Source of the DNA: Seison nebaliae
Lineage: Eukaryota
Assembly (NCBI GenBank): GCA_023231475.1
Contig: JALJEE010002753.1
Span: forward strand, 1 to 37,770
Length of the DNA: 37,770 nt
Reading direction: 5' to 3'
A program made the position numbers and the translations under genes. The notes under the pieces are model-generated. The model was not told the origin of the DNA and did no database searches. It worked only from the letters and a program-made list of their open reading frames with translations. Shown here piece after piece: positions 25,648-35,083 of the stretch (positions are counted from its first letter, which is position 1; every line of letters begins with the position of its first letter).

Positions 25648-27984
25648 TTGAATTTGGATAGAGTCCGCTAATCCGTCGAATGATATTCAGTTGTAAATAA
25701 AAAACAAATTTCTCATTCGGAATGAGAATAATTAAATTATCTCTCAATTCTATTAAGAAAAGAACATTCATATATTATCTTCTCAATTGAACAACAAAAA
25801 TAAATTATATAATTACTCATTGTTTTTTCCTGTTAATTTAATAAACATTTGAATTAATTATGATTTAAATTATTTAATTTTTAAATTAATATAATTATTA
25901 AGATGTGAATGAATTATTATTATGGAAATTTACTTTTCGAGATCGGACGTGGGAATTTACGGAAGATATCCTCAACATTCTGTCGAGAATGTTGAGTTCT
26001 ATTAAAATGTTATATCGATTATATATCAAAGTCTTTATATTAAGGAATCTGTATATCTTTATCGCAGTGATGATATTATTAATGGTAGTAGTGGTAGTTG
26101 GGAAGAATAAAATAAGACGAATCTGAATATTTTTCCGATTTCCGTCTTAATAACGGATTCCATACGACTGATTATTATCTGTATGGATACATATAGATCT
26201 CGTCCCACATTTCGTCATCTGGTATTTTGCGGCGACGCATTGCTTCATCGTTATTTCAATCGATTCTTCTTTATTTCTTTATCGATTATCTTCTTCGAAT
26301 AAGAGAGATCTTCTTAATTCCAATACACGCCAATAATAAATATTTCCCATTCGAATAAGAGAAGATTAACATGAAAAAAGAAATGAAAGAAGGAAAATAT
26401 CCGTTCTCAACAACATCCGACTTACTTTACATTTCTCTTAACGTATTCTATATTTATCATTCCATCTTAATATATACAGTATATGTATTACTCCATTATC
26501 AGGATGGAGGGGTGAGTTGAACGAATTATTCTTCATTCTCCAAAATTATTTCAATCTTCTCCGTTTGTCTCGTTGGATTCTGAACTATATTCGATTTCGT
26601 CATTTTGTATTTGACAAGGTGAAATTTAGTTAAGTCAATCTAAATTTGATAGTTATGATTATTGGACATGTGAGAGGAAAGATATGGAGAAAGAAGTTCC
26701 TTTTTTGAACCGAACGGTTATAGTAATAATACTATAACCGTCGATTAATATTCTCACAATTGTCACCAATATTTTATGACATGTGTTTCTCGTTGAATCA
26801 TTGAAGATGAATTCATAAGTGTGATACTGATTATCTTCAATATCAAAAAGATCGTTATAGTATCATCTATAAAACGTTGTCTTTCTGACACGTAGTTCAT
26901 CGAAATTACTACAATAATTCGACTAACAATACCTAGATCAATAGCAATGAACAGCCGTTCATTTTATCTGTGAGGTAGAAAAAGAAGGAGAATATTCTCC
27001 ACCTTTACATCGGTTTTGAGATATTGTCATGTCATGTCATGCTCCCACAGTTCAGTTTTATTCTCTTTCTTCCTGAAGAAACCAATTTTGGTTATACTAT
27101 GGTTGTACAAAATTGTATACCTAATACCGTTGCCATCATGTAAATGTAAAAAGAGAAAAGCGAATGGTTTTTAAACCACAAAACGTGAAATTATTTTATC
27201 TACAAGACATCTCCATTTAGGTCTAGAGAGATTTAGATTCTATTCTGCGGTTGCTGGAGTCAGAAGGGAGAAGAAAAGAGGCTAATATGTAGAGATGGTT
27301 TGTAGATGTTGTTCGTCTAAAAATTCATCTTCGATATACGGAACATCATCAGGTACATCTATTCAGATGAGATATTTAAGTATATTCATGAATACATCGT
27401 AGGGAAATATATGTACCTGAAACCATATACTATTTACCCATACATGTATTCATTCAAAGAAAACTACTTGTTTATCTTTTTTATTTCTTCATAAAAATAA
27501 GTGAGTGAATATAGATTCATAGATCTTGTAATTTCAACCATCATATTTCTCCCAACATCTTCCTATTATTATTATTCTTCTTTGTACAATAATTCTTATT
27601 CCCATTTTCACCTTCATCCTATGAAATTAACTTTTCTTCGTCCCAATGACATTTATTTCTATTTATTAGAATAGCATTGAAAGTTAATACGTTAAAAGAA
27701 ACTACTAAAATTCAACTTTAAAATTCAACCAGTTCTTTTTATTCCCATCGAATAGAAAAACAATTAAATTATTTCATTCTTTTGGGTAGTCCTAGTACGA
27801 TACGACAGGATATCTATTTCATTTCCTTTTGCCGTTTCGTGTCAAGTATCGGATATCTCATTCATTTGACTATCTCACCTAAAAAATACCATTTTCGATG
27901 TTTATTCTTAACACTTCTCCCTTATTTACATATAAAAAACTGAACAGAATGTAAATGGTTCTCATCAAATAATCTTTCCCTGCA

Positions 27985-30699
27985 ATGATGGGTGAAATGT
28001 TATGGATTATTCTTTCTCTTCTTCTACCGATCGTTTTATCCGAATATCGACTTGTTTGTTATTACGCCAATTGGGCCCCTTATCGTGATCTACGTCCAAT
28101 CTTATATCCTGATGATATCGATCCTAAATTATGTTCACATATTCATTTCGCCTTTGCTCGCATCAATCCGAAAACGTTAGAGATAACACCAACAGAAAAA
28201 CATGACACTGAATGGTTACCATCGTCAGGACCGGTTAAAATAAACTTTATTCATAATAAATTTATTATTTTTATTTAATTAATTCTAGCCATTATATTTT
28301 CGAATGAGTCGATTAAAAATGACGAATATCGGTTTGAAAACGATATTGAGTATTGGAGGATGGAATGCTAAGTCAACGGGATTTAATGCGGCTTCCAAAA
28401 ATGATAAAAATCGGTTTGGCTTTTTTCTCTAAAAATTGAATTTTAAACATTTTCTAATTAACATTTTGAAGAAGAAAATTTGCTACGCAAGCGATAAAAT
28501 TCTTAAGAATGTGGAATTGGGATGGAATGGATTTGGATTGGGAATATCCTGGTGACTTACAACGTGGCGCTGCTGAATCATCAAAAAATGATTTTCATCA
28601 ATTACTGCGAATAGTTCGAGATGAGATTACTAAAGAATCAATGTTAAGTGGAAGAGAACCGTTGTTGATTAGTTCAGCAGTTTCTGCAAATCCACTCAAA
28701 GTTATTAAAGGATATGATGTCAAAGAATTTTGCCAGTTCAATTTTCTTTAACATATTTCAAAATAATTTAATTTTCAGTTTAATGGATTATGTCAATATT
28801 ATGACATATGACTATCATGGTCCATGGGATAATGTGACAGGATCTAATAGTCCATTATATAATTCGATAAATGAAGAATCGACTTCCATTAAAAAAACAT
28901 CGAATGTTCCAAATATGAGATCTGATGAAAATGTTAGAATATTAAGATCGATGGTTGAAACCAATGAATATGAGAAACATCAAGATAAAACAGCTTATGA
29001 TAAGGATAACAGTTGGAAGAATGCCGTTAGTATATTTTTTATGGAATTTTTTATGCATTTTTTTTTGTAGAATTATAGTATATTTTTTTGGATACGTAAT
29101 GGTTGTCCACCAAAAAAATTGCATTTGGGCATAGCTGCTTATGGGAGAACGTTCATTATGAATATTTCATCGTTAAATTCGAATTTGAAACGGAAAAATT
29201 ATCGTACAGAAATTGTTGATGAATTCAGTGGGAATATTGTGCAGAATAATTCGACAATTAGACCACCACATCAATTTGAACGGAATGCGAAATTATTTTC
29301 AGCCATACCAAATATTGGGACTCCCATAATATCGCCGGGTAAATCGGGAAGATATTCGAAGGAGCCAGGTGTCCTCACTTATTATGAAGTTTGTGAGCAG
29401 TTATATATTAAACGATATAAGAGAGAATGGTTATCCGACGAATTAGTTCCATATGCATATAAGAATGATGAATTTGTATCATTTGATGATTCAGTGTCAG
29501 TATATCATAAAGTGAAATATGTGAAATCATTAGGATTGGGAGGAGTGATGTTATGGACGAGTGATATGGATGATTATTCGGGACGATTCTGTTATGCTGG
29601 TCCATTTCCTATAACGAGAACTATACGAATGTTATTGAATGCGAATAATACGGATACAAATAAAAAGAATTCTTATTCAACCAATACGACGAGAAGAACT
29701 TCCACACCATTTCAAACGACGTCCATATCGATAAAAAAAGAAAAAAGAAAACAAAAGAATTCTCATAATGATCTTCTGCAGTACGAGAAGGCATTCAATG
29801 AAATACATTCAGCTGCTGATTTTATTAAAAATTATCGGAAGAATAACAAAATGACAACCACTCGACCTACAACCACCACCAAATTGACGACGCGAGTAAA
29901 TTTTAAGAAAATTATCAAAATAGAAAATTTTGATAATCGACCAAAAAATAAATTTTATTATAATACAGCAATTAAACAATCAAACAACAACAACAACAAC
30001 AATAATAATAATATAAATATTAATAATCATCAATATTATAATGAACAATTGTTTGAGAAGGATCTAATGAATGATTTAACATCATTTCAATCTGATAATG
30101 ATGATGATGACGACGATTTATTTCCATCTATTAATAATAATAATAATCCATTTCTTTATGGATATCATAATCAATTTGATTGGCAATCACCATTATTAAA
30201 TGGATTATCTAATCGTTATCGAACGACAACAACAACAACAACAACGACGATCATACCATCATCAACAATATCACATTTCCCGAATGCTTATAATCTAATC
30301 GCAGGATTTCTGGAACAACATTCCAATTTTAAGAATGTCAAAGATTCACTCTTACAATATGCGAACATCCTTCATCCGGAATTATCATCCAATATTTCTG
30401 GTCTAACATATCAGAAAGAAAAGAAGAGTAAACGAATCGACTCTAAACTCATATCTACTTATAACAATTACAACAATAACAACAACAATAACTTCTATAC
30501 ATCAGAATTAGTTACGAATTCGACGGATATTCAGCCAATCTTCCTGACTACTAACAGAAATAAAATGTTTAGATTGGTGGGAAAACATAAAGAAAAATTT
30601 TATGATTCACAACATTCCAAAACTAACAAATTATTTTTGAATCCGAAAATTATTATCTTCTTATACTTTTCTCATACCTGCATCCATTTTCTATTCTAG
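27985..30699 (+). CDS. GH18 chitinase, secreted, ~837 aa; exons 27985-28233, 28289-28413, 28472-28735, 28779-29025, 29071-30699
   Basis: Signal peptide, LVCYYANWA, CSHIHFAFA, SIGGWN, intact catalytic DGMDLDWEYP, MTYDYHG, YGRTF, YYEVC, GGVMLW..DMDD, then a low-complexity Thr/Asn tail. Confidence 0.95.
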
Positions 30700-30927
30700 A
30701 ATTTTCTTTTTACTAATTTCTCTCTTTTTCACGTGTACATTGCATAAAAATAAAAATTATTTGTATAATTCAAATGAGACATCTCCAAAAAATCTCCTAA
30801 AACATGAAATAAGTCGATCAAAAGAAAATATTTCCTTGGATATAATTCAAATTTGAGGCACGTGACGTTCTTTGCTTTTTTCATTTCTTCTTACACTATT
30901 GATCTTAAACACGTCTCATTACTCATT

Positions 30928-33900
30928 ATGGACATTTTCAACAATTTCTTAAAAGTGCATTCATTGAATCTGGATATTCTCTATGAAGAAGATTTGTCGT
31001 TGGAGAAGATAATTGAGAAGACGGCAAAGACAGATGAGAATCAATATAAACATTATTTGATGTTTCATTCCATTTTACCGATTAATCGATTCATAATCAT
31101 TTCAACTCGTTTAATTCATCTAATTCATGAATCATATAAAGAATTCTTACCATTCTTTCTCGACGAATGTTTGACACGTACGAAAAATTTCATCCGACAC
31201 TTTTCTGAATGGCGCCGACTATTTCCCATCGATCTCAATTTGAGACCATTCATCAAGCAATTGGATAATAGAATAGCATTATATTTCGAAATGCTGAAAC
31301 AATTGAATGAAAGTCTCGTTCGATCATCTGATACGAAATGTTTACAGAGACAATTCCGTCAATTTCTCCAAAATTTAGATCAGAAAATCGATTCGGAGAA
31401 GAAGGTGAATAAACCATCAGATATTCTCATTCATGTCATCGTTAATAATCGTGTGGAATGTGATGTTGTATATATTTTGTTATCTCATTATTTCAAAGAT
31501 TTCAAATTAATCATACCATATCGTTATTCGTTTTTTGATGAATTATTGAAATCATTTCAAATTAAATCGATCGAATCCGTTTTCCTTCTCATGAAATATT
31601 TACAGATGAATAATATCGATCGAATTGCCAATTATTATCAATCAGATTTTTCATCCAATCGACCAATAATATCAATTCATTATAATGAAGATGATCGAAT
31701 ATTTCGTGAGAAGATTTATCTACAGGAAACTCCATTAATAACATCAACATTAGAAATGAATAAAATATTATCAAATATTGATACGAAAGTAAAAGAGATA
31801 GATTACGAAATTAAATTCCCTAAAGATTTCAAGACTGTTGAATATCAAAAAACTCAATTCAAACCACCAACCTTCCATATTAGAGGAACACCTGAATACC
31901 AATTGATGGTGTTATATCTCGGATTTTCCGAACAACAACAAAAATATATCGAACGTGTTGTAGAGAAACAGTTAGAAACGATAGTGGAGAAGGAGTTGGT
32001 TCTCATTCCTCAAACAGATATTAATTTCATTATTAAATTTTTCAAAGAATGTTTTCATCAACAATTACTTTCGCCCTTTATTTTGCTCGTTCCCAATCGA
32101 TTTCATGAAAATGAACAGAAAATCTTGAACGGATTGACAGTTGAAACGGTATTGAAATTCATTGAACATTTTATTATTCTATTCGAATCGTTTCGAAAAG
32201 ATTCTTATCATTTTCATACGACGAGACAAATCGCCATAATCGAAGAACTTTATTTTCATTTGTTGAATAATTTGCCGTTATTCGAGAAAGTTTTCTTCCA
32301 ACTCTTACCAGTTTGTAAGTTTAGTGGATTGATTCGATTCTCTCAAATCGGTTATACTCATCAAACCATCACTGATGACCAATTGACAGAATTGAAAGAG
32401 AATCATATAACGAACGTTTCATATTTCAATCAAATTATCAAAGCTAAACGTCTCACCATCACTCAGAATCAGAAGAATGAATTTGAAGAACAATATTTAT
32501 TTGTTGAATTGGAAGTTTATGAGAAGATGTTCAATTTACCTGATTGTATCAAAAAGAAGGAAACAAATGCATTCTTTGAAAATGATCAAAATTTCTCCAA
32601 ATATTATTCAGTTTTTGCAAAACTCGACGAACATAACAATTATTTCTTCTTCCCAACAAAGACTAAAACGTCCCCATCAAAAGGAGATGGTGACAATACA
32701 GAAAAATTGTCGTTAGCACATGTACCTTATTCGGAGAAGATTTGTGCGTTACATGTCAATCGACAATCTCTCAACGAACCGATAACAAATACGAAACATT
32801 CAGCCGTTCGTTATTGTTCACCTGATCATTATGCCGATTTGTGTAATGATCGTCTATTATTTAAACGTCTTCGATTGAAGAAATTCCTTCATATTTCATT
32901 TTTCTTTATATCGAAAATGAAAGATGTATTTGGAATTGTCGATTTTTGTGATCGATTTCAATCATTTTTAAATATTCATATTATTATCGATTATCCATTT
33001 ACTATAAATTTCGATCGAGATTTTTTTGTGGATAATCTCATAGAATTATTTAATCGAAATGATGACGATTTATATTTCCATTTGAAACGATTTTCAAATA
33101 AATTCTCTATTTCAACAACATGTGAAATTAGCGATAAGATTCAAGTGGATTATGACGAACAATGTGCCAAATTGAAAGAATTGAAATTATTGAAGAAATT
33201 ATTCATAAAAAATTCGGAAAGAATCCATTTGAGATTTGAAGAGATCATGCAAGTTCTAACAACCAAATCAGTAATAAATTTAAATAATTTGGAATTTCCA
33301 GAATTTCTCGGTGACTCATTACTCGATTTTATCATGGCACTCTATGCATTTAATTTGCGTGATACTGACAAAGATATGACGAATTTGAAAAGTGATCTTA
33401 CTGAGAATCGATATTTGATGAATCTTTCCCGCAAACATTTACCACTCAAAGACAATATTATTCGAATGTCGTTCGAATATCAAAATAATTTTGTTCCATC
33501 ATTCTTTTCAGCTGCTCCCGAATCATTAGATCCCAAATCCATTGCTGATTCCATCGAAGCTTTAATGGCACTGTTGTATGTGAAAGGTGGATTTGATTTG
33601 ACATTAGAATTCTTTCGCCACTTTTTTGGAAAACAATTTAATATTTTATGTAAATTAGTCACCGAACAATTGGATATGACACCACATGAAAATTCCGAAT
33701 ATGAAACATTTAGTCGTTCCATTCTCCGATATAAATTCCATGATCTCAATCTCCTCAAACGAAGTCTGTTAATGAGGAACGTGAGTAACACAGTGAATAA
33801 TGAAAGTCTCGAATTTCTCGGTGACGCAATTCTAGATTTTCTCGTCACTCTCGCCATCATTCAGTATTTGATGGAGAAGAAACTTTATGATTGCTTGACC

Positions 33901-34584
33901 CCAGGAAAAATTACATTAATCCGATCAAATATTGTTTGTAACGTCACATTTAGCGTTCTAGCGTACAAACATAAATTTTATAAATACGCTTATGGTAGAT
34001 GTTTGGAGGAAAAACGTGAAGATTTCGAAAATCTTTTTAATCAATTCTCTTCTGATTCTCGAACGGGAAAAAATATTCCGATCGATATCAATCGATATCT
34101 CGAATTGGAAAACGATCAATATTTGGAGAGAGATGTTCAATCAATCATTCATAAAATACGAGAAAATCGAACAGCCACTACTCACAAAAAACGAACTTTA
34201 CTCGAATTCCAAATTGACGAAGCTAAAACTTTTCATAAAATTTTTAGTGACATGTTCGAATCGGTTGCAGCTGCCGTTTACATCGATAGTGGAAATGATA
34301 TCGAATTAACATGGAAAGTTTTCCATCCATTCTTAGCAACACAAATCGTTTATGCGTGCGAGAACGTCCAGAAGACGGTGAAAGCAAGATTGCACGAAAT
34401 GAATCAGACTGTCGATTTCCAAACGGAAAATAAAGGAAATTTACAAACATTAGTCAACTGTCGCATCATCATTGAAAATCATCAGTATGTCATCAAGATG
34501 ATTGGAAGAAATCGGAAATTAATTACTGATCGTCTCTCATATCGGATAGTGAAAGCGTTGGAACAAGTCGATTTGAAATCATAA
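30928..34584 (+). CDS. Dicer-like endoribonuclease, intronless and divergent, ~1218 aa from the first ATG
   Basis: RNase IIIa (EFLGDSLL at 33301, KSIADSIEAL) and RNase IIIb (NESLEFLGDAILDF, T..RS.IV.N, KIFSDMFES..AAVYIDSG), followed by a dsRBD-sized C-terminus. Remnant motif FFLDECL at ~31153-31173 and a PAZ-like segment at ~32590-32760. Confidence 0.88.
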   Translation: MDIFNNFLKVHSLNLDILYEEDLSLEKIIEKTAKTDENQYKHYLMFHSILPINRFIIISTRLIHLIHESYKEFLPFFLDECLTRTKNFIRHFSEWRRLFPIDLNLRPFIKQLDNRIALYFEMLKQLNESLVRSSDTKCLQRQFRQFLQNLDQKIDSEKKVNKPSDILIHVIVNNRVECDVVYILLSHYFKDFKLIIPYRYSFFDELLKSFQIKSIESVFLLMKYLQMNNIDRIANYYQSDFSSNRPIISIHYNEDDRIFREKIYLQETPLITSTLEMNKILSNIDTKVKEIDYEIKFPKDFKTVEYQKTQFKPPTFHIRGTPEYQLMVLYLGFSEQQQKYIERVVEKQLETIVEKELVLIPQTDINFIIKFFKECFHQQLLSPFILLVPNRFHENEQKILNGLTVETVLKFIEHFIILFESFRKDSYHFHTTRQIAIIEELYFHLLNNLPLFEKVFFQLLPVCKFSGLIRFSQIGYTHQTITDDQLTELKENHITNVSYFNQIIKAKRLTITQNQKNEFEEQYLFVELEVYEKMFNLPDCIKKKETNAFFENDQNFSKYYSVFAKLDEHNNYFFFPTKTKTSPSKGDGDNTEKLSLAHVPYSEKICALHVNRQSLNEPITNTKHSAVRYCSPDHYADLCNDRLLFKRLRLKKFLHISFFFISKMKDVFGIVDFCDRFQSFLNIHIIIDYPFTINFDRDFFVDNLIELFNRNDDDLYFHLKRFSNKFSISTTCEISDKIQVDYDEQCAKLKELKLLKKLFIKNSERIHLRFEEIMQVLTTKSVINLNNLEFPEFLGDSLLDFIMALYAFNLRDTDKDMTNLKSDLTENRYLMNLSRKHLPLKDNIIRMSFEYQNNFVPSFFSAAPESLDPKSIADSIEALMALLYVKGGFDLTLEFFRHFFGKQFNILCKLVTEQLDMTPHENSEYETFSRSILRYKFHDLNLLKRSLLMRNVSNTVNNESLEFLGDAILDFLVTLAIIQYLMEKKLYDCLTPGKITLIRSNIVCNVTFSVLAYKHKFYKYAYGRCLEEKREDFENLFNQFSSDSRTGKNIPIDINRYLELENDQYLERDVQSIIHKIRENRTATTHKKRTLLEFQIDEAKTFHKIFSDMFESVAAAVYIDSGNDIELTWKVFHPFLATQIVYACENVQKTVKARLHEMNQTVDFQTENKGNLQTLVNCRIIIENHQYVIKMIGRNRKLITDRLSYRIVKALEQVDLKS

Positions 34585-35083
34585 ATTCCATAAAGTTTCC
34601 ATCCGTCCAAAACTATATTCTAAATAATTCATCGAAAAAACTTTTATTTTTCATTTAATTTCCATTTAAGTTTCTTTAACAGATCGTTTTAATTAAATTG
34701 TGTTGTATAAAATTTTGTGAATAATTTTCTCAAAAAGAAAATAAATTTTTGCAATTTCTACAATTTTAACTTTAAACTTTTCAATTTCTTAAAATTAACT
34801 TCAAATTCTTTATTTCCTCAAAAATTAAAATATAATTTAATAAATTTTTAAAAAATTAAAAATCAGAAAAATTTAGATAAAAATTCTCACAAATTTTCAA
34901 AATCAAGATAATCAAAGATTTAAATTGTAAAAATTTTTAAATTTAGTCATTGTAATTAAAAGAAGAATGAGAAATTAGAAGAATCGAATGAGAATGTTTT
35001 TAAAAATGATTTGTAATTGAATCGAGAGCTGATAAAAGATTTTGATTCAAAAATAAAAGAAGGAAATAAATTTTTCTTTTATC

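Noticed and set aside
30853..30927. TTG-initiated N-terminal extension of the Dicer ORF in the ORF track
   Set aside because: In a eukaryotic gene the first in-frame ATG (30928) is the more plausible start.
2172..34450. Numerous short or antisense ORFs in the track (for example 2750-3268, 9164-9373, 17806-18150, 18830-19204, 33480-33860)
   Set aside because: They are shadows of real genes or low-complexity AT-rich frames with no motifs or splice support.
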